DNA of 64,000 nucleotides from the NCBI GenBank assembly GCA_037146775.1, contig JBAWWL010000007.1:65536-129535 (forward strand), given 5' to 3'. The notes under the pieces were generated by a model. That model ran no database searches and was not told the origin of the DNA. It saw only the letters and a program-made list of their open reading frames with translations. Positions 20,392 to 29,966 of this stretch are shown here, piece after piece. Numbering within the stretch: position 1 is the stretch's first letter; every line of letters begins with the position of its first letter. A program made the position numbers and the translations under genes. The DNA comes from Candidatus Omnitrophota bacterium. GTDB lineage: Bacteria > Omnitrophota > Gorgyraeia > Duberdicusellales > 4484-171.

Positions 20392-20615
20392 TAATCTTGA
20401 GGTGAGCTATAATTTATTATGGTTGAAATTATACCGGCCGGTATTCTTTACGATAAGTCACATTACTTGACAGAGTTTAAATTTATGGCATACTTTTTAT
20501 GGTTACCCGCGTCCCGAGTTAGAAGGATTAAATCCCGGACGTTAAAAAAGCAAAACCTTCGTTGGTCAAGTTATGGCCGATGAGGGTTTTTTTATTTTAA
20601 GTTGAGAGGATAGGT

Positions 20616-21881
20616 ATGGAAACTAAATTAGTCATCGAGGGTGGTCGAAAAATTAAAGGAGAAGTAGAGATCTCCGGCTCAAAGAACGCTTGTTTGCCTA
20701 TATTCGCCGCAACTCTTTTGACGGATGAGCCATGTCGAATTATAGGGGTACCGGGGCTGCGAGATATCAAAACAATGGGCGAGATCCTGGAGCTGCTAGG
20801 AAAAAAGGTGCAGACAGATAGGAACGCTGTAACCATTACCTCAACCACTAAGCGCAGCTTTATAGCAAACTATGAACAGGTTAAAACAATGCGGGCTTCG
20901 TTCTGTGTACTGGGGCCGCTTCTTGCAAAAGCAAAGAGAGCCGAGGTGTCTTATCCCGGAGGTTGCGCAATAGGCGATAGGCCCGTAGATATACATCTAA
21001 GAGGCCTTAAAGAGCTGGGTGCAAGAATAGCTATTGATTCAGGATATGTGGTTGCAAAAGCTCATAAGTTAAAAGGAAGCTATATATATTTAAGTGGGCA
21101 TTTCGGTTCTTCGGTAACGGGTACAGCTAATGTTATGATGGCCGCAACGCTGGCGCAAGGCAAGACAGTGATTGAGGGAGCGGCTTGTGAGCCCGAGGTA
21201 GTGGATTTAGCGAACTTTCTTATTAAGATGGGTGCCCATATCAAAGGGCACGGCACATCAGTCATAGAGGTAAATGGTGTAAAAAAACTACACGGGGTAG
21301 ATTACAGGGTTATTCCTGACAGGATCGAAGCGGGTACTTTTATCCTTGCTGCTTTAATAACTAAGGGAGATATTATCATAAGGAATATCGACTACCGTCA
21401 TTTAGGTGTTGTGGTAGATTGTCTAAGGAAAATAGGAGCGCATATTGATGTGGGGAATAATAAGCTACATGTGGCTTTTAAGAATATATTAAAACCTACA
21501 AACGTGACCACTCTTCCGTATCCCGGTTTTCCGACTGATATGCAGGCGCAATTTGCGAGTTTAATGTGCGTAACTCCGGGGGTAAGCATTATTACTGAAA
21601 AGGTATTTCCCGACAGGTTTATGCATATCGCGGAACTAAGCAGGATGGGGGCGCATATTCATAGGGAGGGTGCAAGCGCTATTGTGGAGGGGGTAAAGAG
21701 TTTATCTGGGGCACCGGTTATGGCATCAGATTTACGAGCCTCGGCTTCTTTGGTGTTAGCTGGTCTTGCCGCAAGGGGCAAGACGTCGATTTCAAGAATC
21801 TATCATCTAGAGCGTGGCTATGAAAATCTGGATAAAAAAATGATTAAATTAGGCGCAAAAATTTGGAAAGAGAAGGATTAA
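20616..21881 (+). CDS. murA: UDP-N-acetylglucosamine 1-carboxyvinyltransferase
   Basis: full-length match to MurA (GSKNACLPIFAATLL..., KTMRASF..LGPLLA, catalytic region 'YPGGCAIGDRPVD', C-terminal 'DLRASASLVLAGLAA.G.T.I.RIYHL.RGYE'). Confidence 0.95.
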   Translation: METKLVIEGGRKIKGEVEISGSKNACLPIFAATLLTDEPCRIIGVPGLRDIKTMGEILELLGKKVQTDRNAVTITSTTKRSFIANYEQVKTMRASFCVLGPLLAKAKRAEVSYPGGCAIGDRPVDIHLRGLKELGARIAIDSGYVVAKAHKLKGSYIYLSGHFGSSVTGTANVMMAATLAQGKTVIEGAACEPEVVDLANFLIKMGAHIKGHGTSVIEVNGVKKLHGVDYRVIPDRIEAGTFILAALITKGDIIIRNIDYRHLGVVVDCLRKIGAHIDVGNNKLHVAFKNILKPTNVTTLPYPGFPTDMQAQFASLMCVTPGVSIITEKVFPDRFMHIAELSRMGAHIHREGASAIVEGVKSLSGAPVMASDLRASASLVLAGLAARGKTSISRIYHLERGYENLDKKMIKLGAKIWKEKD

Positions 21882-21901
21882 GCATGAAGAAAAACATCAG
21901 T

Positions 21902-22029
21902 GTAGAGAAAAATGGTTTTTAATTTAAGGATTTACTTTTTATAGCACTGCGTGATGCACATCACTTGAATAGCCACCTAAAGAATGATTGATTTAGCTTA
22001 TCGTATATCTAGATGTAATATTTGTATCG
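21902..22029. repeat. 128-bp direct repeat, copy A (promoter/operator region; contains palindrome GTGATGCACATCAC)
   Basis: 126/128 identical to 23835..23962; sits immediately upstream of the GmrSD-like gene. Confidence 0.85.
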
Positions 22030-22089
22030 CGCGTATAATAGTTTAATAAGTTTTATAATTTCGAGTCTAAATAATTAATAAGGAGAGAC

Positions 22090-23799
22090 ATGAAAGAATA
22101 CAAAAGAGAAACCATCCAAAAGACAGTAGAAGAAATTAATAAGAACATGTTTTTACCGGATATCCAGAGGCCGTTTGTCTGGGAGGAAGAAAAAATTTAC
22201 AAGTTGTTTGATTCTTTAATGCGGGGTTATCCGATAAGTACTTTTCTTTATTGGGATCTAGCCAGAGAGCAGATTGAGGCGTCCAACATTAAAATGTACA
22301 AATTTGTAGATTCGAATGATGAAGATAGCGCTCAAGTGATGAACGTAGATAAAGATAAGTATTCTTTAGTATTGGATGGGCAGCAGCGATTAACTTCTTT
22401 ATATATATCTTTAAAGGGCTCATGGGTTGAAAAGGTACGTAAAAATACTTTGATAAAAGAGCTTTATTTCAATGTGCTTAGCGGTGGGAACGAAAACGAA
22501 GAAGGTATTCTGTATGAGTTTTGTTTCTTGCCTAAACAATATGGTCCTTTTTATGCAGAAAAGAAGGATGAAGCTTCTGGAGCTAAGGCGTGGGTTAATA
22601 TTAAAAAAGTATATGAAGCGGACCTCGGAAAAAGCGATAAACGTAAATTATTCGTGAAGAAGATTATTGAAACTAATTCCGATCTGAAAACTTATGAAGA
22701 TGCGATAGATGATAATATCGATAAGTTCGATGAAGTCCTTAAGGACCAAGGGATGATTAATTATTTCCCTGAAGATGAAGATAGTTATGATAAGGTTTTA
22801 GATATTTTTGTTCGAACAAATGCCGGTGGAACAAAACTTAGTTATTCAGACCTTCTTTTTTCAAGAATAAAACTTCATTGGGATCAGGCAAGGGAAGAAT
22901 TTAAGGATCTCACTGATGAAATTAATAAGAGGAACTTTGAGTTTGATACAGACTTTATTTTAAAAACAGGTCTAGTATTTTTCTGCACTAAGACAGAAGA
23001 AATAAGATTTAACAACATAAATAATTTGAATAAAAATCTGATTTCTTCAATAAGAAAAAATTGGCTAGAGATAGCTAATGCTATTAAGCTGACAGCTGAT
23101 TTATTGGACAGGTTCATGATAAGGGACAAAAAAATGCTCCCCAGTTACAATGCTTTGATTCCAGTAATATATTGGGTATTTAAAAATAAGAAGGGACGAT
23201 ATTATGACGATAACGACGCCGATAGAAATGAGCTCACAAAAGTAAGAATTTGGTTAACTAAAGCTTTGCTCAGTGGTGTGTTTGGCGGACAATCAGATAC
23301 AGCACTGTATAAATGTAAAGAGGCGATGGATGCCAGTCCGCTGTCTTCTGTTTTTCCGGCAGAGAAAATTCAAGAAAAGATACTTGAGATGAAAAGCAAA
23401 AGTATGGAAATTAGAGAAGATAAATTTGATCAATTTCGCTATCAATCAAAAGAGAGCCATTTATTTTTATCGCTATGCTACAGGTTTGCAATTAATTTTA
23501 ATCCTATAATGAAAGGTAATCTACCGGAACAAGATCATATATTTTCTAAGCATGAATTAGAATTAGCTGGCGTTAGCGAAGATAAAATTAATAGCATATA
23601 TAATATTAGGTACGTTACACAAGCAGATAATAGAAAGAAATCAAAAACGCCATTTTCAGATTGGGTAAGAGATTTAGAAAAAAATAAAGATTTGGTGTTT
23701 AAAATACATAATATACCAGACCGAGATTGGAAGGTTGTTGATTTCGATGTATTCTTGCAAGAAAGAAAAAAACTGTTATTGGCAAACTTACAATATTAG
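22090..23799 (+). CDS. GmrSD/BrxU-like DUF262-DUF1524 protein (type IV modification-dependent restriction endonuclease family)
   Basis: DUF262 signature 'LVLDGQQRLTSLYI' plus N-terminal 'FLPDIQRPFVWEEEKIYKLFDSLMRGYPI'; C-terminal His-Me/HNH-like DUF1524 region 'DHIFSKHEL...NIRYVTQADNRKKSKTPFSDW'. Confidence 0.75.
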   Translation: MKEYKRETIQKTVEEINKNMFLPDIQRPFVWEEEKIYKLFDSLMRGYPISTFLYWDLAREQIEASNIKMYKFVDSNDEDSAQVMNVDKDKYSLVLDGQQRLTSLYISLKGSWVEKVRKNTLIKELYFNVLSGGNENEEGILYEFCFLPKQYGPFYAEKKDEASGAKAWVNIKKVYEADLGKSDKRKLFVKKIIETNSDLKTYEDAIDDNIDKFDEVLKDQGMINYFPEDEDSYDKVLDIFVRTNAGGTKLSYSDLLFSRIKLHWDQAREEFKDLTDEINKRNFEFDTDFILKTGLVFFCTKTEEIRFNNINNLNKNLISSIRKNWLEIANAIKLTADLLDRFMIRDKKMLPSYNALIPVIYWVFKNKKGRYYDDNDADRNELTKVRIWLTKALLSGVFGGQSDTALYKCKEAMDASPLSSVFPAEKIQEKILEMKSKSMEIREDKFDQFRYQSKESHLFLSLCYRFAINFNPIMKGNLPEQDHIFSKHELELAGVSEDKINSIYNIRYVTQADNRKKSKTPFSDWVRDLEKNKDLVFKIHNIPDRDWKVVDFDVFLQERKKLLLANLQY

Positions 23800-23834
23800 C
23801 ACACGATGCAAAAATTATATATACATTCTAAAGC

Positions 23835-23962
23835 GTAGAGAAAAATGGTTTTTAATTTAAGGATTTACTTTTTATAGTACTGCGTGATGCACATCACTTG
23901 AATAGCCACCTAAAGAATGATTGATTTAGCTTATCGTATATCTAAATGTAATATTTGTATCG
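23835..23962. repeat. 128-bp direct repeat, copy B
   Basis: near-identical to 21902..22029; upstream of the TPR gene at 23981; a third partial copy (approx. 38 nt) at approx. 54640..54680. Confidence 0.85.
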
Positions 23963-23980
23963 TATGGAGGTGTATCTAAT

Positions 23981-24703
23981 ATGATAAATCGCATAAAGGA
24001 AGTAGATTTTAATTCGGAGAAGGGAAGATTGTTAGATCGTGCATTGGCTCACTCAAAATTGAGGCTGTATAAAGAAGCAATTGCTGATTGTGAGAATCTT
24101 GTAGCACTGGATAAAGATGATCCAAATTCTTACAGAGAGCTGGGGGTTTCGTATGCAGAAAACAATCAAATTGATAAAGCTATAGAGTGCTATCGTTTTG
24201 CTATAAAGCGTTTCCCTGATTACCATGCAGCCTATACAAGCTTAGGGCATCTATTTCAGGAATACAAAAAACGATTGGATATTGCTCTGGTGTGTTATGA
24301 AAAGGCGTTAAAGCTTAACCCTGAAGATTTTTGGGCATTGCATAATATTGGTACTGTTTTAAAGAAAGAACAAAAAATAAAAGAAGCCTTTTATTATTTT
24401 CAAGAGGCGTTCCAAATAGCACAAGCTAAGGGAATCTTTGAGCGGAAAATAATTCATAATTTGGCGTGGGCCTTATATCGGTGTAAGGAATACCAAGCCG
24501 CACTTTATTTGTATACGCAACTTGATGATCCATATAGTACCGATGGTTCTATCCATTTTGAACTCGGTTGTGTTAATTATAGAATAGGTAGATTCCAAGA
24601 CGCTGTTTTACAATTTGCAGAAGCGTTAGCTTGTCAGCCAGGCAATAAGTTTTATCAGCGTGCACAGAACATAGTAATTTGTAAATCCGGCATTTATAAT
24701 TGA
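23981..24703 (+). CDS. TPR-repeat protein
   Basis: multiple TPR-like A..Y.....A...DP motifs (AIECYRFAIKRFPDYHAAYTSLG, ALVCYEKALKLNPEDFWALHNIG). Confidence 0.7.
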   Translation: MINRIKEVDFNSEKGRLLDRALAHSKLRLYKEAIADCENLVALDKDDPNSYRELGVSYAENNQIDKAIECYRFAIKRFPDYHAAYTSLGHLFQEYKKRLDIALVCYEKALKLNPEDFWALHNIGTVLKKEQKIKEAFYYFQEAFQIAQAKGIFERKIIHNLAWALYRCKEYQAALYLYTQLDDPYSTDGSIHFELGCVNYRIGRFQDAVLQFAEALACQPGNKFYQRAQNIVICKSGIYN

Positions 24704-24715
24704 AAGTATATACAG

Positions 24716-25516
24716 ATGATTGGCGCTATTGCAGGAGATATAATTGGTTCTATCTACGAATTTACGAATGTTAAAAGGACAGATTTTGATTTGTTCAGCA
24801 AGCACTCTCATTTTACCGACGATACTGTCCTGACCATCGCCGTAGCTGATTGTATTTTAAATGGAAAAGATTATGCAAAAACCATCAAAGAATATGGTAG
24901 GAGATATCCTGATAGAGGTTATGGCATTCGTTTTAAAGGATGGCTTTTGTTAGAGGAATCAGCGCCATACAATAGTTTCGGCAATGGTTCAGCGATGCGT
25001 GTAAGCCCTGTAGGATTTGCTTTTGATGATATTAACAAAGTGATGGAAGAGGCAAAAAAGAGCGCCGAGGTTACCCATAATCATCCGGAAGGCATAAAAG
25101 GCGCACAAGCGATAGCCATTGCGATATTTCTTGCTAAGAACGGTGAAAGAAAAGAGAATATCAAAGAGCATATTGAAAACACCTTTAATTATAATTTAAG
25201 GCAAACTTTAGAAGAAATTCGTTCAAGTTACCATTTTGACGAAACATGCCAGGGTACGGTCCCGCAGGCCATAACCGCATTCCTTGAATCCAATAGCTAC
25301 GAAGATGCTATACGAAAAGCAATCTCTATCGGCGGAGATAGCGATACAATTGCCTGTATTACCGGAGGTATCGCTGAGGCTTATTACAAAAACATTCCTG
25401 ATTATATTGCAAGAGAGTCGATGAAGCGCCTATCGCCAGAATTATTAAATACTGTGAATTTGTTTACTAAGACGTATAATTTTTCTAAGGTATCATTGTT
25501 GAATAGGTGGGGATGA
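24716..25516 (+). CDS. ADP-ribosylglycohydrolase family protein (DraG/ARH-like)
   Basis: 'MIGAIAGDIIGSIYEF', 'HFTDDTVLTIAVADCIL', 'GNGSAMRVSPVG', 'IGGDSDTIACITGGIAEAYY' are conserved ARH motifs. Confidence 0.85.
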   Translation: MIGAIAGDIIGSIYEFTNVKRTDFDLFSKHSHFTDDTVLTIAVADCILNGKDYAKTIKEYGRRYPDRGYGIRFKGWLLLEESAPYNSFGNGSAMRVSPVGFAFDDINKVMEEAKKSAEVTHNHPEGIKGAQAIAIAIFLAKNGERKENIKEHIENTFNYNLRQTLEEIRSSYHFDETCQGTVPQAITAFLESNSYEDAIRKAISIGGDSDTIACITGGIAEAYYKNIPDYIARESMKRLSPELLNTVNLFTKTYNFSKVSLLNRWG

Positions 25517-25523
25517 CGGTGGT

Positions 25524-25676
25524 ATGGCTAGTAATGAGTATTGTCGGGTAACGTTCGGGAAGAATATTGAAGAAAAAGAACGCCAACGTGTACGGGCAGC
25601 ACTCGAGAAATATTGCGATTTAGATACAAAGGGGATGATGGAAATATTGGAGGAATTAAAAAAAGTTTGCAGATAG
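25524..25676 (+). pseudogene. relic of a DUF2779-protein C-terminus (MASNEYCRVTFGKNIEEKERQRVRAALEKYCDLDTKGMMEILEELKKVCR)
   Basis: clear homology to the last approx. 45 aa of the 14438..15928 product (ARVTFSQGVSPEERKRVYEALEKYCGLDTSGMIDILQALRKE). Confidence 0.55.
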
Positions 25677-25695
25677 ATGCCTGTATAATGGAGAT

Positions 25696-26397
25696 ATGCG
25701 AGGAGGTAGCAAAATGAACGGAAATAGTTTTAAAAAACAGTTGTTTGATTATCAAAATAAAGTGAATGATTGGATTAAATTCAGAAAAAATAAAAAAGGG
25801 ACCCAGTTTAATAAAGAAGAAAATACAAAAATAAAATTTGTCGTTTCTCTTTTGGATATTTTAGGATGGAATCCTTTAAAAGGGTATGATGTAGAATTTG
25901 AGCATCACATTCCGAAAGTCAAAGGTAGAGACGCCGCCGATATCGCGCTTTATATCTCTTCGGAGAAGCATTCCAAACCAGTAATTTTGATTGAAGTCAA
26001 ACCTATTCAAATGCCGTTTAAAAAAGAGTATCCTACAAAAATTCTCGAATATATGAGTAGAAGTAAAGTAAGATTTGGAATTAATACTAACGGAAGAGAA
26101 TTGGTACTTTTCCATAGCTATGGGGTAAGGCATGATGCAAAGTCAGGCTGTAAGCTATTTAGTTTAGAGCTAAAAGATTTCATTGTTTATAAGGATGTTT
26201 TATTGATGCTGTCAAAGCGAAAGGTTCAAGAAGGCGTATTGGATGGATTTGCCGATGAATTCCATCATGGGAAAAAGTATGGAAAGAAATTTTCTGATTG
26301 GAGAAGACCCGAAAAGAAATATCGGGACCCGAGATATAATAAATATATACTTCGTTTAAAGTTCGCAAAAGAATTCTTAAAACATAACAACCAATAG
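25696..26397 (+). CDS. HsdR_N-like PD-(D/E)xK nuclease-fold protein
   Basis: 'ENTKIKFVVSLLDILGWNP...EFEHHIP...RDAADIALYI...KPVILIEVKP' resembles the N-terminal domain of type I restriction R subunits (D...D/E-x-K core). Confidence 0.5.
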   Translation: MRGGSKMNGNSFKKQLFDYQNKVNDWIKFRKNKKGTQFNKEENTKIKFVVSLLDILGWNPLKGYDVEFEHHIPKVKGRDAADIALYISSEKHSKPVILIEVKPIQMPFKKEYPTKILEYMSRSKVRFGINTNGRELVLFHSYGVRHDAKSGCKLFSLELKDFIVYKDVLLMLSKRKVQEGVLDGFADEFHHGKKYGKKFSDWRRPEKKYRDPRYNKYILRLKFAKEFLKHNNQ

Positions 26398-26590
26398 CTG
26401 TAAAATGCTTGTTCTATCTACCGCTCGGAAGTCCAAAAACCAGCCGGATAATGCTGCTGGTTTGCAGAAGGAGGGAGTTTAATAACCAAGTTTAAAAACT
26501 CTATAGCTTTTCATAAAAAGAATTAAATTAGTAGATTGTCTAGTTCAAAAAAAAGAAGTTAGAAAATTGCTAAAAAGTTAAAGAAATAAT

Positions 26591-27145
26591 ATGACCCCAA
26601 ACATCGAAAAAGCTATCGAAGTTGCAATAAGGATCCATGGCGGGCAAATGAGAAAAGGAGACGGTATTACTCCGTATGTCGTTCATCCCATTTCTGTTGC
26701 TATGATTCTTTCACGTTATACTGATGATGAAGGTCTTCTTATCGCTGCATTACTACATGATGCCCTGGAGGACACATCATATGGAGAACAAAATTTAGAA
26801 AAGGATTTTGGATCAAAAGTACTATCTATGGTCAAAGATGTTTCTGATAAAAGACCGCAAGACCCGTGGTCTAAACGAAAAGATGCTTATTTAAAGCACC
26901 TAAAAAGTGCGTCAAAAGAAGCGTGCCTTATCGCTTGTGCTGATAAGATTAATAATTTAGCATCTATATGCGAAGCCTATGAAAAGTACGGTGATAAGAT
27001 CTGGAAGAATTTTCACGCCTCCAAGGAAGCAAAGATCGGATTTTACGAAGCTATACATAAAGAAATAAGCAAGCGACTATCTCATCCAATTGTGAAAGAT
27101 TTGGGCTATAAATTAAAGGAAGCTAAAAAAGTGCTTGGATTATAA
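26591..27145 (+). CDS. HD-domain protein, RelA/SpoT-type (p)ppGpp hydrolase-like (small alarmone hydrolase)
   Basis: 'RIHGGQMRKGDGITPYVVHPISVAMIL' and 'IAALLHDALEDT' match the SpoT/Rel HD hydrolase motifs. Confidence 0.75.
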   Translation: MTPNIEKAIEVAIRIHGGQMRKGDGITPYVVHPISVAMILSRYTDDEGLLIAALLHDALEDTSYGEQNLEKDFGSKVLSMVKDVSDKRPQDPWSKRKDAYLKHLKSASKEACLIACADKINNLASICEAYEKYGDKIWKNFHASKEAKIGFYEAIHKEISKRLSHPIVKDLGYKLKEAKKVLGL

Positions 27146-27662
27146 TTGCAGAAATAAAGGTCAGATTATCTTTGGAGAAACAATGAAAGAATCTATTAAT
27201 TGGCATGAATCAGCAGAGATTTACAGTAAGGCAGAAATGTACGAAGATGCCGTTTCTTGCTATAATCGCGCTATAGAGCTAAATCCATTCGATGACGTGG
27301 CCTGGTTTCGTAAGGGGTTTGCTTTATTTTTCCTTGATAAAGCTGGCGATGAGCTAAAGTGCTATAATAAAGCATTGGAGATAAACCCTGAGAATATAGA
27401 TGCCCTGGAAAATAAGGGCGCGTATTTATTAAGATCGAATAGAGATCAAGAAGCGATGGAATGTTTTGACGAAGCACTTAAGATAACCCAACACAATGTA
27501 TGTATTTGGTTTAACAGAGGTATGATTTTTAAAAAGCAAAGAAAATATTGGGATGCATTGCTTTCTTTTGATAAAGGGCTTGAGCTTTGTCCAGATGACG
27601 AAGATGCTCTGCGATGCGTGGACGAGATAGTGAAAAAATTGGTCGAGTTTGGTGATCAATGA
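27135..27662 (+). CDS. TPR-repeat protein
   Basis: TPR motifs (AVSCYNRAIELNPFDDVAWFRKG, ELKCYNKALEINPENIDALENKG). Confidence 0.7.
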   Translation: MDYNCRNKGQIIFGETMKESINWHESAEIYSKAEMYEDAVSCYNRAIELNPFDDVAWFRKGFALFFLDKAGDELKCYNKALEINPENIDALENKGAYLLRSNRDQEAMECFDEALKITQHNVCIWFNRGMIFKKQRKYWDALLSFDKGLELCPDDEDALRCVDEIVKKLVEFGDQ

Positions 27663-28629
27663 GAATGGGGGTACAAGAATGATATTTCGTAAACTAGAAA
27701 AAGAATTCTTCGAGCAACTAAAGAATAAAAATAATCCCCTACGATACATTTTGGATTTTGAACGCGAGCATCGAAAATCATTCATGGTAGAGATCAGAAA
27801 GAATTTTTTAGACCTTTACTTTTTAGGACACACGATTGAAGTTAGATCGCGCGGAAACGGGTATTATCTCATCGCTTCAAAGGAATTCAATCCGGAGAAG
27901 CTACTTATCAAGACACCAAAAAGTATGATCAAGCCATATGGCAAAAACAAATGGCAGATACGTTTCGACGATATCGAAAATTATGGGTGGTTCAAAGATA
28001 TTATGAGTGCGGCGATTGCGCAGATAGTGCGGCATAAAGGAGGAAATATTTCAGAAGGCGTGAGTGAAGTTAATCACTTTATTGATAACCGGGCGATCGG
28101 CAAAAATGGCATACTGGTTATTGATAGGCAAGTCGTATATCCCCGTAGCGGAAAAGGCAGGATAGACCTCTTGGGGCTTAAGAGACTTCCTGGAGGAAAA
28201 TTCACTTTCTCAATAATCGAGTTAAAGAATAAAAATAATAAAGAGATAGAGGACGTATTTACTCGACAGATTAAAAGATACATCGACCTCGTTTACGATA
28301 AATATGATGACTTCGTTGAGACATACGAAGAAGTCCTAAGGCAGAAGGTTAAGCTCAGACTTTTAAAGCCGATTGACTGCAAATTGGCTCGAAAACATGA
28401 AATTTCAAAAAAAGACATTGAGGGTATCGCGATATTGGATAATTACAATATCAAAGGCGATCTAAAGGCGAACGGACTCCTTGAGAGGGCTATTCGTGAT
28501 TGGGCGAAGATCGGTAGCGAATATACAGCTAGATTATTTTTGAAGACAAATGTTTTAGATGATACATTTATGCTCGACTTAGATAGCGCAAAAAACCATT
28601 TGAATAAATATAAAACATGCAACTTATAG
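27649..28629 (+). CDS. hypothetical protein with a PD-(D/E)xK-like core
   Basis: 'GRIDLLGL...FSIIELKN' is a D..(D/E)xK arrangement typical of restriction-endonuclease-fold proteins. Confidence 0.4.
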   Translation: MVINENGGTRMIFRKLEKEFFEQLKNKNNPLRYILDFEREHRKSFMVEIRKNFLDLYFLGHTIEVRSRGNGYYLIASKEFNPEKLLIKTPKSMIKPYGKNKWQIRFDDIENYGWFKDIMSAAIAQIVRHKGGNISEGVSEVNHFIDNRAIGKNGILVIDRQVVYPRSGKGRIDLLGLKRLPGGKFTFSIIELKNKNNKEIEDVFTRQIKRYIDLVYDKYDDFVETYEEVLRQKVKLRLLKPIDCKLARKHEISKKDIEGIAILDNYNIKGDLKANGLLERAIRDWAKIGSEYTARLFLKTNVLDDTFMLDLDSAKNHLNKYKTCNL

Positions 28630-29909
28630 TCCATCGCGGCACAAAAGAAATAGGCGGTAGTTGTGTTGAGCTTATCTCAAAGAATTCCCGTATTCTGATA
28701 GATTTCGGGATGCCGCTGGTTAATTCTTCCCAGGAACCATTCGATTCAAAAGCTCTTTATGGTAAATCTATAGATGAGCTAAAAACTTTAAAGATTCTTC
28801 CGGACATTAAAGGCCTTTATGAAGGTGAGAAGCAAAAGATTGAGGCGATTTTACTTTCCCATTCCCATCTAGATCATTATGGCTTTATGCGCTATATCAA
28901 TAAAGATATACCGGTATATCTAAGTCGTGGCGCGCAGGAATTAATCCAAGTATCCAATATTTTTACACCCAACAGCATAGGAAGCTTTAATGCTCAAATC
29001 ATAGGCCATCTTAAAACCTTCCAAATAGGCAATTTCACAATAACTCCGTATCTTGTGGATCATTCTGCCTTTGACGCTTATGCTTTTCTAATCGAATCAG
29101 AAGGAAAAAGGCTATTTTATTCGGGAGATTTCCGAGCCCACGGCAGGAAGAATATTTTATTTAAACGAATGCTCAAAAATCCGCCAAAAGATATAGATTG
29201 CCTGCTTATGGAAGGCACAATGATGGGTAGGGGAAACCAACTCTATGAAAATGAAACAGCTGTAGAGAATAAAATAAAAGATGTCTTAGAAGAGCATAAA
29301 AATATTACTTTTCTTTTCGCCTCTTCGCAAAACATAGATAGAATCGTTTCAGCCTATCGAGCATGTCTAAAGACAGATTCTATTTTTGTCATTAATCTTT
29401 ATACAGCCTTTATTTTAGATAAACTGAAAGCTGTATCTACTGGTATTCCCCAATTTGACTGGAAAAATATCAGAGTGTATTTTTTGCATGCACATGCTAA
29501 TAAAATAGCTGAATTTGTATCAGTTAAATTACTTTATAAATATAACCAGCAAAGAATTAAATTTCCTGAAATAAACCAAAAGAAAAACAATATCTTGATG
29601 CTTACCGGAAAGAATTCATTTTTCCCGATTATCCTAAAAAATATCAATAATTTCAAAGGAGCCAAAATTATATACTCTATGTGGGAAGGCTATTTGGATG
29701 ATAAGTTTAGGCAGTATTGTAAAGAGCAAGGTCTTACGATAGAGCAAATTCATACCAGTGGTCACGCTACGGTAGAGGATTTAAAAGTTTTCGCCAAAGC
29801 CTTAAATCCAAAGACACTAATTCCAATTCATACCTTTGAGTCTAAAAAGTACCCGGCCATATTTAAAAATGTTAAAGTATTGAAAGACGGCGAAGAATTT
29901 AAGATATAA
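28617..29909 (+). CDS. metallo-beta-lactamase fold / beta-CASP family hydrolase (RNA-metabolising type)
   Basis: 'LLSHSHLDHYG' (HxHxDH); Asp 'YSGDF'; C-terminal beta-CASP motifs 'HTSGHATVEDL' and 'LIPIHTFE'. Confidence 0.75.
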   Translation: MQLIVHRGTKEIGGSCVELISKNSRILIDFGMPLVNSSQEPFDSKALYGKSIDELKTLKILPDIKGLYEGEKQKIEAILLSHSHLDHYGFMRYINKDIPVYLSRGAQELIQVSNIFTPNSIGSFNAQIIGHLKTFQIGNFTITPYLVDHSAFDAYAFLIESEGKRLFYSGDFRAHGRKNILFKRMLKNPPKDIDCLLMEGTMMGRGNQLYENETAVENKIKDVLEEHKNITFLFASSQNIDRIVSAYRACLKTDSIFVINLYTAFILDKLKAVSTGIPQFDWKNIRVYFLHAHANKIAEFVSVKLLYKYNQQRIKFPEINQKKNNILMLTGKNSFFPIILKNINNFKGAKIIYSMWEGYLDDKFRQYCKEQGLTIEQIHTSGHATVEDLKVFAKALNPKTLIPIHTFESKKYPAIFKNVKVLKDGEEFKI

Positions 29910-29966
29910 TTGATAAGATAGTAGACCAGGTTCTGAAATTATATAACTGTCATTACCAAAATTATA

